NCBI GenBank assembly: GCA_018696595.1
Contig: JABHQW010000003.1
Location: 241,907-305,906 of the forward strand
Source of the DNA: Candidatus Woesearchaeota archaeon
Lineage (GTDB): Archaea; Nanobdellota; Nanobdellia; Woesearchaeales; GW2011-AR9
Length of the DNA stretch: 64,000 nt
Reading direction: 5' to 3'
Position numbers and translations under genes: made by a program. The stretch's first letter is position 1. Each line of letters opens with the position of its first letter. Below the pieces are notes generated by a model. The model made no database searches, was not told the origin of the DNA, and worked only from the letters and a program-made list of their open reading frames with translations. Positions 1 to 9,279 of the stretch are shown piece by piece.

Positions 1-151
1 TTCCAATCTTTTCTCCAATCATAGAATTGTTAACATCATTAATAAATAATCTTCCTTGCCAACTGGTTGTAAATGAACTTGTTCCACATGAAGGACATTT
101 GTCTCCTTCTACAAACAATTTACATTTTTTGCATGCTTTTTTCTTTGCCAT
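1..151 (-). CDS. spt4: Transcription elongation factor Spt4 / RNA polymerase subunit E'' (C-terminally truncated by window edge)
   Basis: Minus-strand translation MAKKKACKKCKLFVEGDKCPSCGTSSFTTSWQGRLFIND... shows a CxxC-x-CxxC zinc ribbon. Start ATG lies 2 nt after the rpoE' stop, the classic rpoE'-spt4 operon. Not in ORF track because it runs off the window. Confidence 0.65.
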   Translation of the reverse strand, partial: MAKKKACKKCKLFVEGDKCPSCGTSSFTTSWQGRLFINDVNNSMIGEKIG

Positions 152-152
152 T

Positions 153-710
153 TTATTCCTCAGCCCCTTTATTAGTTTCGTCTTGTTGGTTTAACCATTC
201 AATTTTTCCTAATCCTTCTTGACGCATGCTTAACCCAATCTTAGGATTATTCATGTCTTTATATGAAACAGCAATAATTCTTGCTTTACAATTATCATTT
301 ACTTTTAGACTTTGACCTGTTTTCTTTCCCTGTAAAACTTTGTCTTTACTGAAAGAAACAAAATCATCCATACTTTGTGAGATATGAACCATTCCTTCAA
401 CTCCGCCCAGATCCATAAATGCACCGAAATCGGTGATATCACGAACTTTTGCAAAAACAAGTTCGTTTAGTTCTGGTTTAAAGGTTAGTAATTCAAAATC
501 TGTATCGTAATAAGCTGCTCCGTCTCCTGGAACAATAACACCTTCTTTTACGTCTCCAACATCAATAACATTAATAACGAAACCTAATTCTTTTGAGATA
601 AAGTTTTCATAGGTTGCTTTAACATTAGCTAGAACCGCTTCTTTTCTGCTTAAATCAAACATACTTGGCGGTACTCTGATAAAATCCTTGGCTTTTACTT
701 TGTAGAACAT
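153..710 (-). CDS. rpoE: DNA-directed RNA polymerase subunit E' (Rpb7 homolog with S1 domain)
   Basis: 185 aa. N-terminal Rpb7-like region plus S1 fold (GFVINVIDVGDVKEGVI..., HISQSMDDFVSF) matches archaeal RpoE'. Directly followed by spt4. Confidence 0.8.
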   Translation of the reverse strand: MFYKVKAKDFIRVPPSMFDLSRKEAVLANVKATYENFISKELGFVINVIDVGDVKEGVIVPGDGAAYYDTDFELLTFKPELNELVFAKVRDITDFGAFMDLGGVEGMVHISQSMDDFVSFSKDKVLQGKKTGQSLKVNDNCKARIIAVSYKDMNNPKIGLSMRQEGLGKIEWLNQQDETNKGAEE

Positions 711-1211
711 TTTAGTTATAATTCTTATTGGGTGTTTATAAAGGTTTCTATTAATAACATGACAATTTTAGCTCAACGAACAAAAATAAAAAAAATAAAA
801 AGAAAAGAATTAATAGCCCCGACAGTCTTTGCAATAATATCGATTAGCGTTTTCAACAACAATTCGTTGACCGCAACCTTTGCAACACCGCTGGATTTTA
901 AATTTTTTGACTTCCTGAAATACGTGTTGTTTCAGTTTGTATCACCTTCTTTTTTTTACACAATTAAAAAAAGACAGGTCAAAAAAAGAACTGTTGTTCT
1001 TTTTTGCTTACCTTCTTTTTTTTTAAAAGAACGATTTAGAAAAACTTAATTTCCATCCACCTTCTTTTTTGCGAACTCGTTTAGAGCTCAGCCTCTCCAA
1101 CGTTTCTTTCGTCAGAAAAACACACCTAATAGTACTCGAGAGTAAACTAGTATATAAATGTTTTCACGTTTCACCCTCTATTCTTACTAAAAAACAAAGA
1201 TAAAATAAATC

Positions 1212-1844
1212 CTAAAACAATAAATTTCTAAAATAAATTCCTAAGAATCCTAATGCCAACATAATAATCCAAATTGTTTTACTCCAATAAAATATCTTCT
1301 TCCCATCAAACAACCAAAAAGGAATTAAATTAAACAATCCCAAAAAGAGATTCACATAATAACCAACGAACCAAACATTTATGAAACTAGGAAAAACAAA
1401 GTTTAAAGAGAAGAACACAATAGCTAAAACGTAATTAGTTAATGGGCCCGCTAAACTGATGATTCCATTTTCTTTTTGAGTGATTTGACCAGAAATGATT
1501 ACTGCACCAGGAGCTGCAAAAATTCTTCCAATAAAAACAGCTAAGCCGATAGCAAAATATAACATTTTATCCTCTGCTCTAAACTCAGCAACACAACCAT
1601 AATGTTGAGCAAGAAATTTATGAGCAAGTTCGTGAAACAAAAACCCCACACCCACAGTAAATAAAGAGATTAAAAAAGAGATTAAAAACTGATAAGAAAA
1701 AGCATTAGAAATATTGCCTTCAACTAAACTAGTTCCAGATAAGAAAAAAGCAAAAGCTAACGAAATTGCCAACCATGCTTTGGCAATGTCAACAAGTTCT
1801 ATTCGAGAAGTTTTAATTCTTCCAATTTTAATTGTCTTGTACAT
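1212..1844 (-). CDS. Site-2 protease family (M50) membrane metalloprotease
   Basis: Polytopic membrane protein with HELAHKF (HExxH) inside a TM helix. Confidence 0.55.
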   Translation of the reverse strand: MYKTIKIGRIKTSRIELVDIAKAWLAISLAFAFFLSGTSLVEGNISNAFSYQFLISFLISLFTVGVGFLFHELAHKFLAQHYGCVAEFRAEDKMLYFAIGLAVFIGRIFAAPGAVIISGQITQKENGIISLAGPLTNYVLAIVFFSLNFVFPSFINVWFVGYYVNLFLGLFNLIPFWLFDGKKIFYWSKTIWIIMLALGFLGIYFRNLLF

Positions 1845-2076
1845 CTTCGTTTTTCTCTTTCATCACAATCATCTTATCAAGTTCTTCTTCAGTGTGAACA
1901 ATATCTTCCATCTTTTCTTTAAGAAAGTTTTTTAATTTTTGTGCTTCTTCCTCAACTTTCACTAACATATCTAAATCAGAAAAGTTTTCTTCAGCACATT
2001 CGGGACAATAATAATCAGGAGTATCTTTTATTTTGTAAATCGCTTCCTCACCACAGATCATACATTTCTTAACCAT
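1828..2076 (-). CDS. Small zinc-ribbon protein (hypothetical)
   Basis: 82 aa with CMICG...CPEC four-Cys ribbon and acidic C-terminus. Overlaps upstream gene start by 17 nt. Confidence 0.4.
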   Translation of the reverse strand: MVKKCMICGEEAIYKIKDTPDYYCPECAEENFSDLDMLVKVEEEAQKLKNFLKEKMEDIVHTEEELDKMIVMKEKNEDVQDN

Positions 2077-2181
2077 CTGTTTACTACGAAAGAGAAAAGT
2101 CTTTAAAAAGATTTCTGATGAAAATAAGAACGACTAAAAAGCATAAGCTTTTTATGTATGTTCTGAGATTCAACAATTACA

Positions 2182-2694
2182 ATGAATGAAAACGATTTAT
2201 TAGATGTTGTAAATGAAACAGATGAAGTAATTGGACAAGATTATAAGAACAATAAATTCACTAAAGGGTTTATCTCTAGAAATGCAGTGGTTTTTATTAA
2301 AGATAAAGAGGGCAGATATATTATTGTTAAAAGAAGCCCACTAAAAAGAACTGACCCCAATAAGTTAGATCTTTCTGTTTGTGGAAATGTTAATGCTGGA
2401 GAAGATTATAAACAAGCAGCAATAAGGGAAATGAAAGAAGAAATTGGGATTGAGTGTGATGTTAAATTTCTAAAGAAAATCACTAATGAGATCCCCCACA
2501 AAGACACAATTCTAAAATTCTTCACAGGAATCTTTCTAGGAGAACATCATGGAGAAATTGTTACAAACGAAGAAGTTAAAGAACATCAACGTTGGACTTT
2601 AGAAGAGTTAAAACAAGAGATGGAACAGAACCCAGAACAATTCACCTTCGGTTTTAGAAAAGACTTTGAAGAAGTTAAAGATTTACTTCAATAA
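2182..2694 (+). CDS. Nudix hydrolase
   Basis: Nudix box GNVNAGEDYKQAAIREMKEEIGI (GX5EX7REUXEEXGU). Confidence 0.7.
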   Translation: MNENDLLDVVNETDEVIGQDYKNNKFTKGFISRNAVVFIKDKEGRYIIVKRSPLKRTDPNKLDLSVCGNVNAGEDYKQAAIREMKEEIGIECDVKFLKKITNEIPHKDTILKFFTGIFLGEHHGEIVTNEEVKEHQRWTLEELKQEMEQNPEQFTFGFRKDFEEVKDLLQ

Positions 2695-2743
2695 CGTTTC
2701 TTTCACAGAAAAGAATATAAAATCCAATAGTATTCTATCTCTC

Positions 2744-3130
2744 ATGGCAAAAGATGATGACACATTAGAGAATCTTGTCGGACCAACAATTGTTTTTAAA
2801 GATGGCGTCGAGTTTACTGGAGCAGGAATGAATTGTTTATCATTAAAATACAATTACTCTCACGGACAAAAGAACCCACATTATGAAGATGTTGCCAGTG
2901 TTTTTGTTAATGGAGAACTAAAATGGCAAAACCATAATTATTCTCAAGGAACACCAAAAACAACAGATTCTGTAGAGTTAGTTTTAGCCCCAAGAATAGA
3001 ATATGTTATGAAAATAAGTAAAACATTACGATTTAAAAGACCAAAAGATAAAACAATAAAAACATTCTTGAAAATAGAAGCCAGTCAAGTAGAAAATGTT
3101 TACCAGAATGATGAACAACTTTGGCCATAA
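2744..3130 (+). CDS. Hypothetical protein
   Basis: ORF in track starts 2666 but overlaps the Nudix gene. Internal ATG at 2744 (MAKDDD...) is a more plausible start. No recognisable motif. Confidence 0.35.
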   Translation: MAKDDDTLENLVGPTIVFKDGVEFTGAGMNCLSLKYNYSHGQKNPHYEDVASVFVNGELKWQNHNYSQGTPKTTDSVELVLAPRIEYVMKISKTLRFKRPKDKTIKTFLKIEASQVENVYQNDEQLWP

Positions 3131-3134
3131 AAGT

Positions 3135-3836
3135 TTACTTCAATAACGTTTCTTTCATTTCTTTGATTTCTTGTTCAGTTACAGCAGAACCATTATACTT
3201 TGCTGCCCACAATACAGAATCTAGTAAAGTGGTTTTACCACCACGCTGTTTAGGCATATAATGATTCAACATTCCAAGTTTGTAAGCCACAGCAACTAAT
3301 TCAATAGAACGAACAATTTTTATATTTTTCAACTGATTACTAAAATCGTTCATTTTATCTTTGTTCACTTGAACATCTTTCTTGAAACGGATTTCTAATA
3401 ACTTTTCCATTTCTTTATTATTCTCAATTAGTAAACGTAAAGTTCTTTCATCCATGACAACAGCAGAAGCATTGGTTTGTAAAGCACAAGTTACTGCTTC
3501 CATTTCTCCAGTTTGAATTATGTCCATGTTTTTGTTTTTTATTTTGAAAGAACTGTTAGCCAAATTTTGTAACTGTTCTACTCTACTTTTAGGAACTTTA
3601 TCATAAACTTCTAATGTCCCATCTCTAATTAGTTTCATAACTTGTAATGCTTCAAATTCAAACCGTTTAATTCCTAATGGTCTTTCAACTAATTCTGTTT
3701 TAACACCGGGAGTAATGTAGAATTTTCCACCAAACTTTTCTTTCAGTTTAGGAAGAATCCAAATCAACCGAGACATAACTAGTGTGATGATCGGTCCTGC
3801 GTCGAAGAATAATGCTTTTTCCATTTTAAACCCCAA
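3135..3836 (-). CDS. Hypothetical protein, possible PIN-like nuclease fold
   Basis: N-terminus FFDAGPIITL resembles the first acidic strand of PIN domains. Otherwise unassigned. Confidence 0.35.
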   Translation of the reverse strand: MGFKMEKALFFDAGPIITLVMSRLIWILPKLKEKFGGKFYITPGVKTELVERPLGIKRFEFEALQVMKLIRDGTLEVYDKVPKSRVEQLQNLANSSFKIKNKNMDIIQTGEMEAVTCALQTNASAVVMDERTLRLLIENNKEMEKLLEIRFKKDVQVNKDKMNDFSNQLKNIKIVRSIELVAVAYKLGMLNHYMPKQRGGKTTLLDSVLWAAKYNGSAVTEQEIKEMKETLLK

Positions 3837-4392
3837 ATAGTTTCAGTGCTAATTCTAACCTTTTTTTTGCTGAGACTGAAACGTAATGTGAATCCATCAC
3901 TTTAGTTCTGCCAGCATATTGTTGTAAGTCCCAATTAGATAAACCCATCAATCCCGCTGCTTGTCCTAATGAAAGACCTTTCTGCAATAAAACCGCTCCT
4001 TTTTTAATTCTGGCTGCATCCATTACATCTTGTAAATGTGTTTTTACTGAAGCGTTTGCACTTCTAACAATCTTAAAAAGAGATTTCACACTTTTATTAT
4101 ATCTAGCAAAATTTCCTTGTTGTAAATGATTTCTAGCAAATTCCAGTTCTGCAATTAAATCTTTATAATTTTCTTCTTTCATTTGCCGAACAACTTTGTA
4201 TATTGAATAAATAAGAACAGTTACTGAAATCAAATCAAGATTTTTGTATAAAGCCACATCTTCTATTGAATGGTCGCTTAAATCTTTCAATTGTTCTACA
4301 TCTTGCAGTTCTCTTTGTTTAAGAATTTCAATAGTCTTAGTCAAATCATTAAGAATCTCTTTCTTTACCTCTCTTCTCATACTTGTTAGCAT
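3826..4392 (-). CDS. Hypothetical protein with C-terminal helix-turn-helix
   Basis: Track ORF extends to 4464, but the first 24 codons are the reverse complement of the palindromic intergenic element at 4440-4514. Start at internal Met (MLTSMRREV) is preferred. C-terminus LSLGQAAGLMGLS looks HTH-like. Confidence 0.4.
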   Translation of the reverse strand: MLTSMRREVKKEILNDLTKTIEILKQRELQDVEQLKDLSDHSIEDVALYKNLDLISVTVLIYSIYKVVRQMKEENYKDLIAELEFARNHLQQGNFARYNKSVKSLFKIVRSANASVKTHLQDVMDAARIKKGAVLLQKGLSLGQAAGLMGLSNWDLQQYAGRTKVMDSHYVSVSAKKRLELALKLFGV

Positions 4393-4439
4393 ATTCTTGG
4401 GTTTTATTAAAGTTTTGGAAAGAAGCCTATACCACAATT

Positions 4440-4514
4440 TTAAGAGCAGCGCCAATGGAGGCACATTTTTTGGCTAAAAGACAAAAAATCTCGGGTGCCG
4501 TGCCCTGCTCTTAA
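4440..4514 (+). ncRNA. Structured intergenic element, copy 1 of a three-copy family (conserved core CGCCAATGGAGGCACAT ... GTGCCGTGCC within a 10-bp outer stem TTAAGAGCAG/CTGCTCTTAA)
   Basis: Perfect outer inverted repeat, inner GGCAC/GTGCC stem, apical hairpin ATTTTTTG..CAAAAAAT. Same core at 36454-36557 and 42948-43015 with different outer stems. Strand unknown. Confidence 0.45.
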
Positions 4515-4585
4515 AATGATTTTATAACCCAAGTAAACAATTGACAGACCAACAAATTTATAACCAATAAAATATTACTTTCTTT

Positions 4586-5080
4586 ATGGCTTATGCAGTA
4601 ACCCATATCATTCTAACAATCGTTGTCTTAGATTTATTTAGACATTATGTATTTGGAAAAAGAAGATTTCCGAGATATATGTTAGTGATTGGTGGGATTG
4701 CTGGACTTCTTCCAGACATTGATATTCCTCTTAGTTGGATTTATAATTTATTTACAGGACTCTCAGTTAATTTTCATGGTATGTTTACCCATTCATTAAT
4801 ATTCCCAATAATATTTGCTTTGATAGGAGTTATTTTCCATTTCAAAAAAGGGAATCATAAATGGGCAAAGATATTTTACATTATTGCTTTTGGATTGTTT
4901 TTCCATTCAATATTAGATTGTGCTTTTGGTGGTTACAAAACTTTCTTCTGGCCGTTCTACTTCATAAACTTCTGTCCACAATGGGGAATTGCTAGTTATA
5001 TGCAAAGTGTAGATGCAATTATATTAGTTGTTTGGTTGCTACATGAAGAAATACATAATAAGATCAAGGATTATATTTGA
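4586..5080 (+). CDS. Membrane-bound metal-dependent hydrolase (YdjM/DUF457-like)
   Basis: Small polytopic membrane protein with LLPDIDIPLSW and multiple His. Resembles the LexA-regulated YdjM family. Confidence 0.45.
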   Translation: MAYAVTHIILTIVVLDLFRHYVFGKRRFPRYMLVIGGIAGLLPDIDIPLSWIYNLFTGLSVNFHGMFTHSLIFPIIFALIGVIFHFKKGNHKWAKIFYIIAFGLFFHSILDCAFGGYKTFFWPFYFINFCPQWGIASYMQSVDAIILVVWLLHEEIHNKIKDYI

Positions 5081-6132
5081 AAATGAAAAAAGAGACAATT
5101 CCCGGAACTATCAGGATTCAAGTGAAAGGATTAATTCCTTATCAGAAAACTAAAACCTCTTGGAAGAAATGTTCTCAAAAGTTTCCCAAAGTAAAAGAGA
5201 TTGTTAAATTGTTTAAAGCACACAAAAACTTCAACATCCTAGTTGATAAAGTTAATCCAAGATTCCTTAAAGGACAATTGCTAAAAGGAAAAATTCAAGG
5301 TGCAAGAATTAACGTTCTTCCAGATGGAACAAAAATAGATAAAGCTTATTCTTTATTCGCAGACCATTTAACAGTTCATGATCAAAAGTCAAATGAACAT
5401 TGGGATGTTTTATATCAGAATCCTGGTGGAACGTGGGCTTATTGTTATTCTTTAGAAAAAAAAGCGAAAAACACTATTAAAAAATATAATAAAGTTCATC
5501 AATTTGATAAAGTTTATTCTAACTTAAACAAAAACGTTTCTTCAGCACTAAGAAATAAGAAAGATAACCTTGCCTTACCTATGTATACTTTATTGAAAAC
5601 AAGAATGAGAATTGGTAATGAAATTTATTATAAGTTACACAATCATAAAGGATTAACAACATTAAAGAAAAAAAATATTAAAATAAAAGGTAACAAAATT
5701 GAATTTCAATATGTGGGAAAAGATGGAGTCCCACAAGATGTTGTTAAAGAATTTCCTGTTTCTTACATTAAACGAATGAAAGAACATCTTAAAAAGATTA
5801 AAAGAGAAGATTTTGTTTTTGTTTCTAATTCCGGACACCCATTACCAGAGAAGGAATTCAAATTAGCTTTCAAGAGGTACTGCGGTAAAGAATTCTATCC
5901 CCATATAGTAAGATCTCATTATGCTACAAGTAAAGTTAAAAATTTCATTAAAGGTAAAAGAAAACTCAACAAAAAGGAAGTAAATAAGTTATATTTAGAA
6001 ATTGCTAGTTCTTTAGGGCATAAAAAGTTCTCAAAAAAAGATAATGTTTGGAAAGAAAGTTTCTCTGTTACTGTGGGACATTATATTGAGCCAAAGTTGG
6101 TTGAGAAGGTTAAAAAAATGGTTAGTAAATAA
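5077..6132 (+). CDS. DNA topoisomerase IB (eukaryote/poxvirus type)
   Basis: VGKDGV matches FLGKDS of human Topo I. RSHYATSKV matches KVFRTYNAS. GHYIEPKL matches the active-site SKLNYLDPRI. Start overlaps previous gene (ATGA). Confidence 0.7.
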   Translation: MKMKKETIPGTIRIQVKGLIPYQKTKTSWKKCSQKFPKVKEIVKLFKAHKNFNILVDKVNPRFLKGQLLKGKIQGARINVLPDGTKIDKAYSLFADHLTVHDQKSNEHWDVLYQNPGGTWAYCYSLEKKAKNTIKKYNKVHQFDKVYSNLNKNVSSALRNKKDNLALPMYTLLKTRMRIGNEIYYKLHNHKGLTTLKKKNIKIKGNKIEFQYVGKDGVPQDVVKEFPVSYIKRMKEHLKKIKREDFVFVSNSGHPLPEKEFKLAFKRYCGKEFYPHIVRSHYATSKVKNFIKGKRKLNKKEVNKLYLEIASSLGHKKFSKKDNVWKESFSVTVGHYIEPKLVEKVKKMVSK

Positions 6133-6317
6133 ATTCTAACTACAATTAAGTGACAACACCCAAAACATTTATAAACTGAACACGAAGAAATAGAGTTATA
6201 ACAGATTATTTTACAGAATATGACCAAAAATGGCACCAGAGAATATCTTCTCTTCATGTTAATGCATTACGTACTGCAGAATCAACTGCTAAAGCATCAA
6301 AGAAATTTAAAAAAATT

Positions 6318-7682
6318 ATGGTTTCTGCAGAAAGAAAGAGACAACAAGCATTAATAAATTATGATCAAACAACAGCTCTTGATTCCTTAGAATCTAAATT
6401 AAGAGCAATAGATATACAAGAAGATTTAGATACAATGGATTTGTCAAGAGAAATAACTTTAGAAGTTGTGCAAATGGAGTTAAGAACACATTTACGACAA
6501 TCATTGACAGAGTTAACTGATATTGGTTGGAAAATGTACCAGGATGATTTAAAACAATTTAATGATGAAGGACAATTAATATTTTATTTCAAGTTAGCAA
6601 ATGAATTATTTATGATCAGTGAATTACATGAAATGGAATTTTCTTATCGTACTGATGAACCATTATTATCAGATTGTAATGTATTAAAAGAAAGATTATT
6701 TCCAAGAGGACCACCTAAAGGAAGTATTGATAGCTTTTTTGAGAGCAGACAAGATGATGTAAAAACTTTGGTCCAAGAATTACAAAGAAATAATTATATC
6801 ACTAAGAAAGCAGCAAGAAAATTAACTCAATTATTAAACCCACTTAGTGCTGAATTAGAAAGAAGAGAAGTGGCTAATATTACTTCAGCGGTAAGCGAAC
6901 TTTTTGATAGTATTTATAGTACAATAGAAACACATACAAAACCAGTACCAAAAAAAAAGACAGTTATTGAAGAAAAAGTTGCAACAGGACCAACTCCAGA
7001 ACAAATTGCTGAAAGTCAAGATGTTTTAATTAATTTCTTTGATTTAAGAGAAGAAATTGCTGACAATTATGCTAACCAATTATCTCAATCAGATATAATT
7101 CATATGTATAGTCAACTAGCCAACACAATTGGTGACGAACCAGCAATAGCAGTTATTAGAGATAATCCAGAAATTTTAACATATGTACAAACTAATCAAT
7201 GGAGTAAATATGTCAGAGCCTTAAGTGTTATCTGTAACGGAACCGGGCAAGAAACAATTGAAAGTTATCCCACAAATGAATATTCCTCTTTAGAAAGAGC
7301 TTTAGAATTAAAACAAAAAGTTAATTCGTTTGCTAATAGTAAAGATACAGCAGAAATAACTGAAGAATTAACAAAACCAGAATTTGAATTATACAGATAT
7401 ACCTTTCTTCATACAGGAAATGAACATGTAAATAGAAGAAGAGAAAGTTTAATTAAAAAAGGAAAAGTAACAGTTACAGACCGAGATCATTGGAATGGAG
7501 GAAGTTCTGGTGCAAGAGGAAATAACATCATCATGAAATTAGATTATGAAATCGGGATTTTGTTTTCAGACTTGGGCTTACCAGAACCTGATTGTAATCC
7601 TAATTTTGGTCAAAGAACATTATCTATTTCTCCACAAGACCAAGCTAACCTAGCAGAAGTTGCTGCTTTATATTGTAAATAA
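6318..7682 (+). CDS. Hypothetical protein (454 aa)
   Basis: Long ORF with coding-like composition, mostly helical N-terminus, no recognisable motif. Confidence 0.45.
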   Translation: MVSAERKRQQALINYDQTTALDSLESKLRAIDIQEDLDTMDLSREITLEVVQMELRTHLRQSLTELTDIGWKMYQDDLKQFNDEGQLIFYFKLANELFMISELHEMEFSYRTDEPLLSDCNVLKERLFPRGPPKGSIDSFFESRQDDVKTLVQELQRNNYITKKAARKLTQLLNPLSAELERREVANITSAVSELFDSIYSTIETHTKPVPKKKTVIEEKVATGPTPEQIAESQDVLINFFDLREEIADNYANQLSQSDIIHMYSQLANTIGDEPAIAVIRDNPEILTYVQTNQWSKYVRALSVICNGTGQETIESYPTNEYSSLERALELKQKVNSFANSKDTAEITEELTKPEFELYRYTFLHTGNEHVNRRRESLIKKGKVTVTDRDHWNGGSSGARGNNIIMKLDYEIGILFSDLGLPEPDCNPNFGQRTLSISPQDQANLAEVAALYCK

Positions 7683-7683
7683 A

Positions 7684-7821
7684 TGGGGCCGCGAAGACTT
7701 TCAAATTCTCTCTTGCGAAAGAATTTTTTGAATTCCAGGATTAATTATTAATCTCTCCGATTCCACGACTTCTGGTTTTGATCCCCAGCCGTGGGTGCTA
7801 ACCAAGTTACACTACGGCCCC
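7684..7821 (-). tRNA. tRNA-Pro(GGG)-like gene with introns in the anticodon loop and T-loop region
   Basis: Minus strand reads GGGGCCG-TA-GTGT AACTTGGTTA GCAC-C-CACGG CTGGGG[A..intron..]TCGTG-GAAT-CGGAG[...]AGT CTTCG-CGGCCCC-A. 7-bp acceptor, good D-arm with GG, anticodon stem restored after ~13-nt intron, T-stem CGGAG/CTTCG. T-loop atypical and interrupted by a ~55-nt insert ending TTTGAAAGT, shared with the other two tRNAs. Confidence 0.45.
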
Positions 7822-7868
7822 GATGAAGTCTAAGTAAAGAATCAATATATAAAATTTACTATAAGAAA

Positions 7869-8282
7869 CTAAAATCTACTTCTCTGATGAAAATCTTCTT
7901 TTCCCACCAATCCATCTTCTAAAAGAAACTTTTGAGAACCGATATACAAACCATCATGACGTAAATCTAAATTAGCCACTTTAACAAGTCGTTGATATTC
8001 CCCATCAACAATATTATCCACCCTGGCTTCTCGAATAGAATCAACAAACTCAAAAAAATCATTTCCTCCTGAAGAAAAAAGATATTTCCGTTCTGCAGTT
8101 TCAATTTCTTTTAACAAATCACCATCAATATCTGGGTTTTGTTTAAGAAAACCAGCTTTATTATCAATAATCGCATAAGCACAATAATCCATTTTAACTT
8201 GACTTAAAACAGTTTCATCAAAAAAAGATAATTCTGTCATAAAGCGAAGTACTTCTGATCTCATTTGGTTCATGATAGTCAT
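7869..8282 (-). CDS. Hypothetical protein
   Basis: 137-aa ORF, no motif recognised. Confidence 0.4.
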   Translation of the reverse strand: MTIMNQMRSEVLRFMTELSFFDETVLSQVKMDYCAYAIIDNKAGFLKQNPDIDGDLLKEIETAERKYLFSSGGNDFFEFVDSIREARVDNIVDGEYQRLVKVANLDLRHDGLYIGSQKFLLEDGLVGKEDFHQRSRF

Positions 8283-8313
8283 AAATCTGTTTGGAAAAGG
8301 TTAGTTTATAAAA

Positions 8314-8772
8314 TTAATGCTTATAAATTTCATTAGTAAAGAAGTTCTTAATTATTTTCACACAAGGTGGAAATACTTTCTCTGGCAATTCTGAAAAGGA
8401 AAACCAACGCCACTCGACTATTTCATCTGGTTCCATTGTTTTAACATCTCCTTCAAAGTCTGTACAAATAAATCCGTTAGTTACAAAATGGTTGTCATGT
8501 ACAATTTCATCCGTCACACTAATTAGTTTTAAATTATTAGCTTTCAGACTAGTTTCTTCTTCTAACTCCCTCATAGCACTCTCTTTAATTGTTTGATGCC
8601 AATCAACTTTACCACCTGGCATAGTCCAAGTTCCTTCTCCATGTAATTCAGAACTAGCTTTCTCTGCATCAGAATGTCTTAAACCTAAAAGAACCTTATG
8701 ATTTCTAACAACCATAACTCCTACTCCTGCTCTTGGATATTTTGTCATAATAACAACAAGAAACAAATACAT
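8314..8772 (-). CDS. Nudix hydrolase
   Basis: Nudix box GGKVDWHQTIKESAMRELEEETSL. Confidence 0.7.
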   Translation of the reverse strand: MYLFLVVIMTKYPRAGVGVMVVRNHKVLLGLRHSDAEKASSELHGEGTWTMPGGKVDWHQTIKESAMRELEEETSLKANNLKLISVTDEIVHDNHFVTNGFICTDFEGDVKTMEPDEIVEWRWFSFSELPEKVFPPCVKIIKNFFTNEIYKH

Positions 8773-8801
8773 TTAAAAACTTTATGAATAACATTTAATA
8801 G

Positions 8802-9272
8802 ATGAGAGAAAAACCTAAAGAGCGGTTAACCACCTGGTTATTCCTATTTGCATACTTAACTACTTTAGCAATAACTTTCTTAGACTTTTTCAAACTTAAA
8901 ATATTAACATTTAATTACGAAATCATTTTTGGGATCCTTTTAGCAGGAGGAATAGCCTTAAGACTTCTTTGTAGAATGTGGTTAAGAAGGTTTTTTAGTA
9001 TCCATATTAAGATTAAAAAAGACCATGAAATTGTTAGAAAAGGATTATATAAATATGTTAGACATCCGATGTATACTTCTACACTTTTAATTTTCTTAGG
9101 TTTTGCAGGAATATTTTCTTCAATCTTAGGAATAATTGCAACTCTAGTTTTAATACTACCAGTAACTTTGTTAAGAATTAAACGAGAAGAATATTATTTG
9201 AAACAGAAAACAAAAGAACGTTATGAAGATTATATGAGAAATACTAAGAAACTAATCCCTTTTATTTATTAA
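8802..9272 (+). CDS. Isoprenylcysteine carboxyl methyltransferase / phospholipid methyltransferase family membrane protein
   Basis: TM protein with VRKGLYKYVRHPMYTSTLLIFLG, the ICMT/PEMT signature (RHPxY). Confidence 0.6.
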   Translation: MREKPKERLTTWLFLFAYLTTLAITFLDFFKLKILTFNYEIIFGILLAGGIALRLLCRMWLRRFFSIHIKIKKDHEIVRKGLYKYVRHPMYTSTLLIFLGFAGIFSSILGIIATLVLILPVTLLRIKREEYYLKQKTKERYEDYMRNTKKLIPFIY

Positions 9273-9279
9273 ACAACTT

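Noticed and set aside
732-1049. 105-aa plus-strand ORF in the 490-bp gap between rpoE' and the M50 protease
   Set aside because: Low-complexity K/F-rich translation in an A/T-homopolymer-rich region. It looks like non-coding promoter/terminator DNA, and no structured-RNA signature was found either.
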